This document shows, in pieces, positions 50,189 to 63,458 of a DNA stretch of 64,000 nt; the stretch's first letter is position 1; every line of letters starts with the position of its first letter. Origin of the DNA: Octopus sinensis (lineage: Eukaryota); contig NC_043006.1 in the NCBI RefSeq assembly GCF_006345805.1, positions 16,182,001-16,246,000 of the forward strand, read 5' to 3'. Under the pieces are notes generated by a model. It was not told where the DNA came from. It saw only the letters and a list, made by a program, of their open reading frames with translations, and searched no databases. The position numbers and the translations under genes were made by a program.

Positions 50189-50885
50189 TAATTTGTGACA
50201 TGAAGGATATAGTCAATTTAAGGGACCTACTCGTATACTTAGTATATATTTTTATAAATGAAAGTTAAAGCCGGATCCAGCGGGAGCTGAACGCAGAACG
50301 TAAAGGTATGAGACTAAATACTGCAAAGTATTCTAATCAGCTACTTATTCAGCCATCCATTCACTCCATCGCTTAAAAATCTCACAATAATGAATTGCGA
50401 AGCTTCACTAGAGAGAGGGTGTGGTTTTGCTTGGAGTACAGCTAATTCATACTACATCACGTTATGTTTTGTTGTATCTTTGAAATCACAAAGCACCTGC
50501 CATCTAATTACCTGACAGCAGGAGTGCTTAAGAACAGAGTAAATACAGATAGAGGAAGGCTGATGTATAGTTTTCTGAATTTATAGTATTCAGATAAAAT
50601 TCTCTCACACACGAATGAATTAATCTTGTGAGTCGTAAATCATTTCTTCATTCGTTTCAAAAAACAATTGCTAAGCGCCAGCTTATATATCGAAATGCTG
50701 CTTCAGTGATGAGGAATAGTTCAAGAGATTAAAGAGAAATAAAATATGCCGTTATTCAATAAATAATTGACACCTGACATCTTTCCATCTAAGTTGAATA
50801 TGAATGTTTTCCATTAATCTTAGGCCAACAGAAATAGTAACAAGAAAACTTTCGAATTTCTCACGCACTTACTCACGTGTTTTTC

Positions 50886-50925
<40 letters not shown>

Positions 50926-51289
50926 CGTGCAAGTAAGAGAGATAGATATATACATACATACGCATATATATATGTATATGTATATATATATAATATGCAA
51001 TCTGTTAACAAATACATACCTACATTATTTGCATTATTTACATTTGACGGATGAATGAGAATAAATATCCGTCAACTGTAAACAATGTACATAATTCCTC
51101 ATCTCTTAAACATAGAACTGAAATACATACATATATGAGCGTGTATTTATAGCTAAAGATATACAGATACATATATATACATATCTGTATATTTACATAT
51201 CTGTATACAAATATGTAAATATTTGTATTCATATATAAGAAAAGAGATGATAAAGGAACAAACGAATATCTCATGAACTTTATTAGCTT

Positions 51290-51501
51290 GCAACTGTTTC
51301 TACTATAAAAGGCGATGGACTCATAGTTGAAAGCCTGAGTAAAATCTTACAATTTTATCGGAGCTTCGAATATTGAAATGCACCTCATCATTAATTTGCA
51401 GAGAACATGCCACCTCATAGAGGGTCACTCATCGGTCCGTCAGAACCATTTCTTGAACGTGTTGAATCTTTACGTCCGTGGTAAAGGATGATGGACATCT
51501 T

Positions 51502-51539
<38 letters not shown>

Positions 51540-51870
51540 TGTTTCACTCTTGTCCGACCATTTTTAAACTTCTTGATCCATTGATACGCACTTTTACGCG
51601 ATAGAGCGCTTTACAGGCATTATACTGAAAGCTTGCAATGAATTTTGCGTCCCTAGCACACATTCAAAGAAGAGAAATCGGATCTCTGATCGTTTTACTA
51701 CCTTGGGACATACGATCAGGCGGAATAGCCGAGTTTAATCTGTAACACAAAAGAGAAAACTGGAAGGATCAAGACCAAACCTCGGTTACGAAACCTCGCG
51801 ATTGCTGAAGGCAGTGAAGCCAAATTAAATAAAGTTTAGGCAAAAGTGCAGCTACGTTTTAACCTTCACT
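51290..51870 (-). mobile_element. Mariner N-terminal (HTH) remnant
   Basis: RSEIRFL, SALSRKSAYQWIKKFKNGRT, KIQHVQEMVLTDR*VTLYEVA on the minus strand; boundaries approximate. Confidence 0.75.
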
Positions 51871-51924
51871 CATATACAAACGCATACACACACACACACA
51901 CACACACAACAACACACACACATT

Positions 51925-52024
<100 letters not shown>

Positions 52025-52090
52025 GAAAAATAATATATATGTATTATATATATTTATAATAAATAACAATATATAATAAATATTATATAT

Positions 52091-52261
52091 AGGCGTAGGT
52101 GGCTTTGTGGTTAAGTAGCTTGCTTACAAACCACATGGTTCCGGGTTCAGTCCCACTACGTGGCACCTTGGGCAAGTGTCTTCTACAATAGCTTCGGGCC
52201 GAACAAAGCCTTGTGAGTGGATTTGGTAGACGGAAACTGAAAGAAGCCCGTCGTATATATG

Positions 52262-52294
<33 letters not shown>

Positions 52295-52499
52295 TTACGT
52301 GTCTGTGATTGTCCCCCAACATCGCTTGTGGTGGTGTGTTTACGCCCCCGTAACTTAGCGGTTCGGCAAAAGAGACCGATAGAATAAGTACTAGGCTTAC
52401 AAAGAATAAGTCCTGGGGTCGATTTGCTCGACTAAAGGCGGTACTCCAGCATGGCCGCAGTCAAATGACTGAAACAAGTAAAAGAGTAAAAGAGTAAGA
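52091..52499 (+). mobile_element. SINE family A, full length
   Basis: Complete match to the other copies. Confidence 0.95.
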
Positions 52500-52530
52500 G
52501 TATATATTTATAATAGATAACAAATAATAT

Positions 52531-53155
52531 AAACTTAGATATGTTTCGACCAAAGATTGGTCCAGGCCATGTCTAACTTAATAGCACCACCTGATAGGAT
52601 TATTCGAATCCTGTTTAAGTCAAGTTTTGTTTAAGTCAAGTTTTGTTTAAGTCAAGTTTTGTTCAAGTAGTGAGTTCTTGTTGGGTGAGTTGTATCCAAT
52701 TATGGGTGGCTTATCTGGTATTCTTTGAAGGAATCTATCCAGACTCTGTTTAAAGTTGATGGGATCCTTTTCCTCTTTGATCTCCCTCGGGACAATGTTA
52801 AATAGGGCAGGGCCTGTTGAGGAAAAGAAATTATGTTGCAGTGTACATGTATGTTGTGATCTTGAATTGGGCAGGGGACGTATAGCCCGTGGTCCACGTC
52901 TTGGATGAACCTTGAAGCTAATGTTTAGGTCGTTTGGGCAAAGTTGGCGGTATATTTTCCACATCGTACAAATGATGTACCGCTCACGGCGACGCTGGAG
53001 GGAGTAGAGTTTCAAGGCTTTAAGGCGATTCCAATAATCGAGAGCAGCCATGCCTTCAATTTGTTTAGTGATGCCCTCTGGGGTGACTCAATTCTGGAGA
53101 TGTTTTGTCTTGTGTGAGGAAACCACAGTGAGCAGCAGTATTCAAGGTGTGGCCG
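52531..53155 (-). mobile_element. CR1-group LINE 3' end (second family)
   Basis: RPHLEYCCSLW, LDYWNRLKALKLYSLQRRRERYII, FKQSLDRFLQRIPDKP; 16-nt unit GTTTAAGTCAAGTTTT repeated three times at about 52612-52660. Confidence 0.9.
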
Positions 53156-53700
53156 ATATTTATTATAAATAACAAATAATATTTAATATATATATATATT
53201 ACATATATTTATAATAAATAACAAATAATATAATATATATATTTATCATATGTAATATATATATTATGTATTATTTGCTATTTATTATAGACAATATCTA
53301 TTGAATAGATATTGTCAACGTCACACTATATTCGTCTAAGAAAAGTTATTCGTATTTTTGTTTGTTGTTCAATAGATTATAGTACATATGTTTTTCGTTT
53401 TCCCCGAACTTTTATTTACTTATCTTGTACTAGACATAAGCCAAAGTCTGTACGATATTTGCTTCATTTATAGCCTGAAATACTATCATAAATTTAACAA
53501 TACCAGGTCTTAGTTAGATCATAGATCAGAAGTTTATATGCACCCATGAAGAATATTGGCCAGATGAAAACAGCTCTATCGTCTACACGAAATTTAACAA
53601 CTATTTCTTATATATGTTCATACTGCAAAGTTCATACTACAATTTTGGCAGCATCTTTCAACCCAGTCAATGACCGGTGTTTCAGCTAGTATATATATAT

Positions 53701-53787
<87 letters not shown>

Positions 53788-53794
53788 TAGATAT

Positions 53795-54002
53795 AGATCG
53801 GTCGCCATGATAGATCGCTAGCCACTACACGCGTTTTTTTCTCTCCTTGTTTCTCTCCTTGTTTTTTTCTGTGTCCCTTTCTGTAGAAGAGCGTAGGCTC
53901 GAAACGTAAAAGACTTCTTCAATTTCCTGAACGTATACTAATACGTCTGTTTGTTTTGTACACCACCTGTCTTCGTCTTTTGTTTTTTTCGTAAACTCTC
54001 CC

Positions 54003-54003
<1 letters not shown>
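53795..54003 (+). mobile_element. Probable solo PLE terminal repeat between (GATA)n and (TA)n, with minimal hammerhead-like motif
   Basis: CUUU-CUGUAGAA-GAGC(guag)GCUC-GAAA-CGU-A-AAAG at 53877-53912. Confidence 0.6.
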
Positions 54004-54056
<53 letters not shown>

Positions 54057-54791
54057 GATACACATACATACATACATACAGACATACATACATACATACA
54101 TACATACATACATACATACATACATACATACATACATACATACAACATACATACATACATACATACATAAGAGTGATAAAGAATGAGAGAGAGAACTACA
54201 TTGCCTATATCTTACTTTCTTCATGTAAGATGACAGGCTGTGATCTGAGGGAAATTTCGCTGTCATTAATATTAAGTTGAGTTTCGAGAGATTTTACGTT
54301 TTTTTGATAAATCTCTTTATGTGTTGCAAACGAAGGCGATGTTTTAGTGGGTGTTACATCTTTTGTATCAGTGGATGTAAATTTTTTTTCTCGCATTATT
54401 CTGTGGCAGGTCTATCCATTTGTAAGTGTACTCATTATTAACTAACGTTGTTTATACATAGCATTTCCTTATCTAAAGTTTTTTGGGGTTTTTTTTAGTT
54501 TTTTTTTTTTTTCATGGATGAATATTCAAAATCTCGTCCGAGAAAGGATTTGGCTATAGTTATTTAATATGTGTGAAGACATTCGTTATTACCGATCGTA
54601 ATAACGCATTTGTTTCAGTGTTGTGCATAGTGACGTGATATACGTGGTATTCTTTATTACTATATTTATATCTAATAATGGGGGTGATGTCATGCCAGAA
54701 CATATAATGGCACTGTATTGAATTGTAAATGTTAGTTTCAAGATCTTTGACAAATTCAGCAATATTGTGTCTCCGAACAATACATACATAC

Positions 54792-54845
<54 letters not shown>

Positions 54846-55654
54846 GAGTGGGAGGGAATGAGAGGAGAAAGAGAGGGAGAGATAGGAAGAAAGCGAGAAA
54901 CGTGGGGATAGATTTATAGATCTTGAATTGTTTTTTTATTCAGTTAGTCAAAATATTACATTAAGTTATGTCGTATGAAATCTAGTTTGTGGAGCACTCG
55001 AATATATTCTTGCTTCAAGCAGCATTCCTACTGTATTTGCAAAATATATGTGTGCATATTTGTACATATATAGTGTGTGTGTGTGTCTCTGTTTGTGTAT
55101 CTCTCTCTGTGTGTGTGTATGATTTTGCGTGGGTACATTATATTTATATATTAGTAATACTGGAGATACTCACGTGATGTGTCGAGTCTGTTAATACATA
55201 GTGTAACTATAAAATTATAGATGCTATATATACTCACATAATGCATTTTACTCAGCCTCCGTAATACTGTCAGAATACAAAATATATAAATATGAAAATA
55301 ATGTTCTGTAAACTGTTATATAATCTTTTTTGTTTTATTTTGTTTCTGCTTTTTTTTCTCCATTATTCCGATCATTGTTTATCATGGATTGCTAAAAATT
55401 ACAAGATTATTTTATCGTAACGTCTTCTCGAAGCAAGTGAGTAACACTATCTACCCCAAAACCGTAGCAAAATGCCAAATACATGTTATGTTCAGAAAAC
55501 TACAGTCCGTCGAAAAATTCCTATCATTTCATAACCTTATATATATTATATATATAATATAATATATATATATATATTATATATATATATATAGATATAT
55601 ATATATATATATATAATATATATATATATATACATATTATATATATATATATAT

Positions 55655-56510
55655 ATAATAAAATATTAGGGAATAAATCCAAATTTACAGGGAAAAAATC
55701 AGATTTAGGATTAAATCCAATTTTATAGTAAAATATTATATAATATTATTAGAGACAAAACCACTATTTTGCAAAACAAACAAGGAAAGACTTAATCAAT
55801 ACATAAAATTTTAATAAAAAGTCAAAAACACCGCCACTACAATTGTTTCTTGTCTTGATCGACAAATTCAGGTGGACTTCCAATCTAAAATATCAATATT
55901 TTAAAATATAAAATAATAATTTTAAAATAATTAAAGTATTAATGAAAAAATATAAATATATAATCTATTTATAACCTATATATAATCCATATATAATCAA
56001 TATATAAACAATATATAAACTAAAATAAACCTATCAACAATTAAATATAAAATATAAAATATAAAATATAAAACAAAACAAAAAATAAAAATAAACTATA
56101 TATACACCCATACACATATAACTAATTATATGTAACCATATCTAAATACATACACTAAATCACACACCTATATATATATCCCTATACATACACATAAAAA
56201 CGTCTAGGCAACGATAAATAAATAAAATAGCTAAATACTTCAACACAATGCTTATTCATACTCCCTCACACACACATACAACCCACATTCCCGCTCTAGA
56301 AACGGACATCACTTAAAATTATGAACGGAGAAATGGAATAAATGGAATTAAAAATTATATTCACTTGGTAAAACTAACACTACTTAAAAATTATGAATGA
56401 AATAATGCAATAAAACAACAGACATCGCAAATAGACACAAATTACTACGAATTCCTTAACAAAACTACCATGATAAACCATGTTTTGCAAAATAGTGGTT
56501 TTGTCTCTAA

Positions 56511-56521
<11 letters not shown>
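55655..56521 (-). mobile_element. Probable PLE non-coding terminal region with short inverted terminus, in (TA)n
   Basis: Inverted repeat of about 41 bp at 55738-55779 versus 56481-56521; degenerate hammerhead at 55834-55875 (minus); strong strand skew; (TA)n on both flanks. Confidence 0.55.
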
Positions 56522-56565
<44 letters not shown>

Positions 56566-56586
56566 ATATATATATATATATATACT

Positions 56587-56757
56587 AGGCGCAGGAGTGG
56601 CTGTGTGGTAAGTAGCTTGCTAACCAAACACATGGTTCCGGTTCAGTCCCACTGCGTGGCACCTTGGGCAAGTGTCTTCTGCTATAGCCCCGGGCCGACC
56701 AATGCCTTGTGAGTGGATTTGGTAGACGGAAACTGAAAGAAGCCTGTCGTATATATG

Positions 56758-56792
<35 letters not shown>

Positions 56793-57007
56793 ATGTGTTT
56801 GTGTGTCTGTGTTTGTTCCCCTAGCATTGCTTGACAACCGATGCTGGTGTGTTTACGTCCCCGTTACTTAGCGGTTCGGCAAAAGAGACCGATAGAATAA
56901 GTACTGGGCTTACAAAGAATAAGTCCCGGGGTCGATTTGCTCGACTAAAAGGCGGTGCTCCAGCATGGCCGCAGTCAAATGACTGAAACAAGTAAAAGAG
57001 TAAAAGC
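56587..57007 (+). mobile_element. SINE family A, full length
   Basis: Complete match to the other copies. Confidence 0.95.
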
Positions 57008-58328
57008 GTATATATCTTTCTCTCCACTTAATGTTTTAAAAATTCTTACTGTAATTCTCTATCCCCTCAACCGTCTTTCCCTTTTTCCATATTTGTCGTA
57101 TGTTATCAAAGACTTCTACCCTACCGACTGAAAGATTCCCGCAATCGGACCGCGAGCGTTTAATTTTTCTTTGGATCCACTTTCTCGGTCTGATTTGCTT
57201 CAGCGCCATCTGCACAGGGTTTCAAAGCACGATAACTTCAGTATTCAGTAAAGCATGTAAAGACTTGCATTTCCTAACATTATTTTTTTTTCAGCTGACT
57301 GTTGTCCCTCAAGATTACACATTTTCCCTCAAGGTTACACATTACAATCTTAAAACATGAAGTTCATATTGAACAATGTAATACTAAATATCAAAAACAA
57401 TGCGAGATGGTCAAAGATAGAATACTTTTGATCATAGACTTACCATGCAAGGCTTATCTGGACGCGAACAACAATATTTCTCTTTGTACATGGATCAACG
57501 CCTAGTTACAATAACACGGCAACATATCCAATCCCCACGCACTCCAAAAACAGGGCAGTCACTGACCCAAACTACTCCATCTCGAAAGGGATAGCAATCA
57601 CCTTGTATCAACTATCGCCAACGGGGGAGGCATTAATGAGGCCACTTGACAGGCTAGAAATAGTGACAAAATCTCAGATCACACCCTACTGTTTTAATAG
57701 AGATAAAGTAAGACGACATTTGAATAGTGTAGTTCTTGATTTGAAAGGAAAAGCGAGAAGGTCAAGGATGAAATGTCTTTGATTAACGGTCATCTCGATC
57801 AAAGCTAAACAACAAGCTTGAATCCTTTTTTCAACACAGCTTTCACACGTAAGGTTTTCGTTAGCCAATTCTATCGGGTGTGTACTGGCTTCCACACATC
57901 AATGGTTTCTTAACCTCAAGAACGTGGGCGAAAGAAATGATGTTCGAACAAAGCGTGTTTCGAGCAAACACTTCTGTAGTTACCCACTGCAACAATCCCA
58001 TCAAAGGAGCCTCTGTGCAGTCTCTGGACTTGCAATACAAACCAGATCCATCAAATAACATTCCGATGTTTTAAGCAAAAACAAAAAGATCGCATTGGAC
58101 AATGTAGCCCTACATCTAAAAAAAATGGGTGAGTTGGTCACGGATGAAATGCTTCTGATCATAGGCCTACACAGTCTGCTTCATTCTCCCCTTTATGCAT
58201 TAACGGCATGCTCAGTATTACTTATAAATAACCAAACTTCAATGTAGATGTTACCCCATTTGCGGTTCTTCGACGTAGATAAACACCACCGCTTGGCTTT
58301 ACTTTTTCATACGTATAATACAGTCATG

Positions 58329-58612
58329 TTGAGGCGCAATGGCTCAGTGGTTAGGGAAGCGGACTCGCGGTCGGAGGATTGCGGTTTCGATTCCCTGACC
58401 GGGCGTTGTGTGTGTTTTTTGAGCGAAAACACCTAAAGCTCCACGAGGCTCCGGCAGAGGGTGGTGGTGACCCCTGTTGTACTCTTTCGCCACAACTTTC
58501 CCTCACTATCTCTTCCTGTTTCTTAAGTAACGCTGCGGGAGAACACATACGCCACAGAAACCAGGAAACCGGGCCCGTGAGCGTGGCTAGGCTTGAAAAG
58601 AGCGACGTTTTT
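58329..58612 (+). mobile_element. Chimeric SINE: family C head and body with family D-type tail
   Basis: Follows C to CTTCCTGTTTC, then AGTAACGCTGCG..GAACACATACGCCA.AGAAACC as in 20749; TSD CGTATAATACAG(T/C)CATG at 58312-58328 and 58613-58629. Confidence 0.85.
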
Positions 58613-58849
58613 CGTATAATACAGCCATGCGACACCTAGACACTTCTCTTTACAAATATAGTTAAGGACAGACTTTTATACTTCATGTGGTGATCGAAAA
58701 TTATACTTAATCAAATGGAATTATAACAATGATGAAATACACACGCACACACACACATATATACACGCATATATACACACGCAAAAATTCGATCATCTTT
58801 ATTTTCCACTCATGTGACTTTAGATGGACTAACAAATCCACTCCAGGAC

Positions 58850-58998
58850 TTAATTTTTGTTAAGCCTTGTGCTTAATTTATCGGGGGTTTTTTGCCGAAC
58901 CGCTAAGTTACGGTGACGTAAACACACTACTACCGGTTGTCAAGCGTGGATGGTGGCATGCAAATACAAACATACACACACATATAACGATATATATA

Positions 58999-59079
<81 letters not shown>

Positions 59080-59170
59080 AGAGAAAAAGAGAAAGTAGAC
59101 GACGAGCTTCTTTCAGTTTGCATCTTGCAACTCCACTGGAAAGGCTTTGGTCGGCCCGAGGCTACGGAAG
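58850..59170 (-). mobile_element. SINE family A, diverged central part
   Basis: GCCGAACCGCTAAGTTAC and GCTTTGGTCGGCCCGAGGCTA motifs; expanded internal microsatellite. Confidence 0.8.
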
Positions 59171-59315
59171 AACTATAGAAGAACAATAAAGCGTTCCCTG
59201 AAGACCCCTTGTGGTTCAGCATCTATTGGAATGCATCTGGAACATCTACCGCATCACTCCAAACAATCCTGAAGGAGAAAGGTACGTAAGAACTTTAATA
59301 TAAACTTGTATTTAT

Positions 59316-59716
59316 ACTCTTTACTCTTTTACTCCTTTACTTGTTTCAGCCATTTGACTGTGGCCATGCTGGAGCACCACCTTTAGTCGAGCAAATCGAC
59401 CTCAGGACTTATTCTTTGTAAGCCTAGTACTTATTCTATCGGTTTCTTTTTTGCCGAACCGCTAAGTAACGGGGACGTAAACACACCAGCATCGGTTGTC
59501 AAGCGATGTTGGGGGGACAATCACAGACACACAATTATACATATATATATACGACGGGCTCTCTTTCAGTTTCCGTCTACCAAATCCACTCACAATTCTT
59601 TGGACGGCCCGAGGCTATAGTAGAAGACACTTGCCCAAGAAGCCACGCAGTGGGACTCAACCCGGAACCATGTGGTTCGTAAGCAAGCTACTTACCACAC
59701 AGCCATTCCTGCGCCT
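59316..59716 (-). mobile_element. SINE family A, full length
   Basis: Reverse complement of the family A sequence. Confidence 0.95.
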
Positions 59717-59754
59717 ATCCTTATTTTTCCAATATACGTGTGCATGTGTGTGTC

Positions 59755-59786
<32 letters not shown>

Positions 59787-60386
59787 TGTGTGTGTGTGAG
59801 TGTGTGTGTGTGTGTGATAAAAAAAAACATTTTCTCAAGGTGCTGTGCAGCGAGATTGAACTTGGAACAACGTTGTTGCAAAGTGAATTTCTTACCTACA
59901 CTACCAATACAACGCCCAGTTGAAATCCAATCTTTCTTCCGCTGAACCTTGTTGTTCATTGAGACGGACATAAGAGGTTAATGAAATATCTGATCTTTTT
60001 CGTTTTCTTACTTTGTTTTTTTTTTCCTTGTTTTTTTGTGGGGAGGGGGACTGTGTGGTTATGACTCTTACCACCTGCTATATATATAAAGTAAGAGAAT
60101 TTTCCCCATCTTGGAACGTGACTAACGTTTAGTCAGATGTTTATTTCACTTAGCCGATATCGTTGAGACTATAATAGACATTTTTTTTGTATTATTTTAT
60201 TATGTCTTAACAATAATGAAAAAAGCTAATCAACTTTAAAGAAAAACAAATCTGCTCGCAAAGTGGGAAAAAATTGGGTGAATCAACACAAATAGAAATA
60301 CAATTGAAAAGGTAACATTTCATTTGAATGACAAGAGAAAAACTGGGTCGAAAATACATAATTAAATTATAGTAAGACACTCTGGC

Positions 60387-60758
60387 GTGGAGGCGCAATG
60401 GCCCAGTGGTTAGGGCAGCGGATTCGCGGTCGTAGGATCGCGGTTTCGATTCCCAGACCGGGCGTTGTGAGTGTTTATTGAGCGAAAACACATGAGGCTC
60501 CGGCAGGGATGGTGGTGATCCCTGCTGTACTCTTTCACCACAACTTTCTCTCACTCTTACTTCCTGTTTCTGTTGTACCTGTATTTCAAAGGGCCGGCCT
60601 TGTCACTCTCTGTGTCACGCTGAATATCCCCGAGAACTACGTTAAGGGTACACGTGTCTGTGGAGTGCTCAGCCACTTACACGTTAATTTCACGAGCAGC
60701 CTGTTCCGTTGATCGGATCAACCGGAACCCTCGTCGTCGAAACCGACGGAGTGCTACC
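60387..60758 (+). mobile_element. SINE family C, full length
   Basis: 14-bp TSD TAAGACACTCTGGC at 60373-60386 and 60759-60772. Confidence 0.95.
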
Positions 60759-61109
60759 TAAGACACTCTGGCAACTACAGCAAACTTTTGTATTAATTTA
60801 TCGAGAATTTCGTAAGTTTTGTATTTATAATCTAATTTTATTTTTATTTTTGCTGCCTTATGTCGTTGGATTACGGCTATGCTGGAATACCACCTTGTAA
60901 GAATAATCGAACAAATCGAACCCCGGTACTTAGTAATTTTTTAAGTGAGGTACATTTTCTACCGGACTCTTTTACTGAACCACCAATGTTGCAGGGACGT
61001 TAACAAACCTACACCGGTTGTCGAGCGGTGTGAGTAAAGACAAACAAAAGCACAGACACGCATACGCATATACATGAGTGTGTGTGCGCGCGAGGCTTGT
61101 TTATATACA

Positions 61110-61123
61110 TATAGATAGAGAGA

Positions 61124-61170
<47 letters not shown>

Positions 61171-61191
61171 CTAGCTAGCTAGCTAGCTAGC

Positions 61192-61273
<82 letters not shown>

Positions 61274-61283
61274 AACAGATAGC

Positions 61284-61352
<69 letters not shown>
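61110..61352. repeat. Compound (GATA)/(GACA)/(GCTA) microsatellite
   Basis: Directly visible. Confidence 0.95.
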
Positions 61353-61353
<1 letters not shown>

Positions 61354-61909
61354 TTTAAAATAATAAGGGTGAAAAATTGAATATTAATTTGAAAAATATC
61401 AATTTAAAACAAATTGAAAATAGCATATTGAAAAATCTGAAGTTTCAGAAAAAATTATATTACATACATATTATATTACATTCCTCTTATATGTATGTTA
61501 TAGATAGATAGACAGACAGACAGACAGATAGATACAGATATAGATAGATACGACCAACTTCTACAAAGTTTCCAATTACGAGCTTCATTTACAAGACATT
61601 GATCAGCTGGGGACTATGGTAGAAGATACTTGCCCGATTTTTTTTTTTTTTTTTTTTTTGAAATTGAGTATATCTCATACTATTTCATCTAATGCGGTGC
61701 CTCTCCAACATTTTTAACTCATCCTCCTCATTTTCTAACTAAAACATTTTCGAAGTTGCCTGGCTATAATTCAACAAAATGCATATATATATATATAAAT
61801 TTATATAAAATTATATAAGTAAGTATAAGATCGTTATTTAAATAGCGATCTTATCAGGTGGCCAGCATGGGAATAAAAACCTTCAAAGGTAATTATTATT
61901 ATTAAAAGG

Positions 61910-62143
61910 AAGGCGGCGAGCTGGCAGAATCGTTAGCACGCCGGGCGAAATGTGTAGCTGTATTTCGTCTGCCGTTACGTTCTGAGTTCAAATTCCGCCG
62001 AGGTCGACTTTGCCTTTCATCCTTTCGGGGTCGATTAAATAAGTACCAGTTACGCACTGGGGTCGATATAATCAACTTAATCCGTGTGTCTGTCTTTGTC
62101 CTCTCTGTGTTTAGCCCCTTGTGGGTAGTAAAGAAATAGGTTA
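61910..62143 (+). mobile_element. SINE family B monomer
   Basis: TSD ATTATTATTAAAA at 61895-61907 and 62146-62158. Confidence 0.95.
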
Positions 62144-62300
62144 TAATTATTATTAAAATTATAATTTAGGGTATCTAAGAGATACCACCACGCTGAAAAT
62201 AGCAGCCAAAACATGACTCGAAAACCACATTAAATGTTTATACAGCACCAGGAGAGAAGAGAAAGAGACAAAATAAACTAGCAAAAAAAAATACTAGATA

Positions 62301-62359
62301 ATTCCAGATCCCGGATTTCTGACTCTGCATAAGAAATGCTCGGCCTTCATCAGTGGAAT
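62301..62359 (-). ncRNA. Type I hammerhead ribozyme with canonical CUGAUGA/GAAA core
   Basis: AUUCCA-CUGAUGA-AGGC..GCAU(uucuu)AUGC..GUCA-GAAA-UCCGGGAU-C-UGGAAU: 6-bp stem I, near-palindromic stem III, AUC triplet; A-A mismatch at the base of stem II. Confidence 0.7.
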
Positions 62360-62390
62360 ATACTCAGATAGCACATGAATACAAATATAA

Positions 62391-62439
<49 letters not shown>

Positions 62440-63458
62440 GAAATAAGGTTTGAAAATGCAATTTAAAAGATGTGAATTATCACTCTTTGGAAAAAGATTG
62501 TCAAAAGTAACATGTATGTAGAAGTTTTGCGTTAATTATGGTTGTTGCAAATTGCCTACATTACATATATACAGTCTTTGGTAACAGGGACATGTTAAGG
62601 ACATAAATAAGTTCAACAAGTTCCTTAAAATATTGGGCACAAAAGATTACTACATAAATAATCGTTCTCAAGGACATACTTAAGATAGTTTCCAGAAGGA
62701 ATTGATATTGGTATTGTATCTGTATATTCAAACATGCACAAAATATTGGTTGACACAGAGTACTATAATCCATATAAATATACATTCTTTGGTGACAACA
62801 GTATGTTGAGAATATAAAAAGGTTTAACAAGATCATTGAAATAATGGGCAGAAAAGATTAAAACAAATATATTATACATCTCAAGGTAATTTCCAGGAGG
62901 AATTATTAAAAAAAGTTCAGTATACACATACAGAATATGAGTTCAAAAAGATTTACATTATAATAGTAGTGAAGCTAAAACTGACCTGTCCGTTTTAGGA
63001 GGAGAAATGTGGAACTGAAAAGAATGTACTCTTTTTTTCTTGTTTTGTCTCTCCTTCAAGCATCAATGATTTTGGGGTCAGGATGAGATGAGTGTGTGTG
63101 TCTTTGTGTGTATGTGTGTGTGCATACATACATATGTGGTGTGTCTGTGTGTCTGTAAGATCTGGTAGGATGGTGTGTCTGTTTGTCAACCGCGTGTGTG
63201 GTTGTCTTGGTGTTGTGTGTGTGTGTATGTGTGTGGATGGCATATATATACAATATACGAATACTTACATATACGAATGTATACATACATATGCACGTAT
63301 GCACACGACTAGTTTAAATTGCCCGCCTAAAATTCCTCGTGCGATGTGGTCAAAACAACTCCGCAGTGAATATATTGACGAAATAAATATATACCTACCG
63401 TAGAAAGCAGATTCGCACGTCTACATACAAATATTTGCGCGTATAGATCCAAAATAAA

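Larger units (their letters stand above)
61790..62390 (-). mobile_element. Probable PLE terminal repeat in (TA)n, carrying a hammerhead and interrupted by SINE B
   Basis: Hammerhead at 62301-62359; partial second copy at 63459-63623; (TA)n flanks. Confidence 0.65.

Noticed and set aside
57600-58200. Short ORFs in a moderately GC-rich stretch
   Set aside because: No motif recognised; cannot be assigned to a gene or element family.
62620-62905. Diverged repeat of about 215 bp
   Set aside because: Only two short blocks match; too weak to define a unit by eye.
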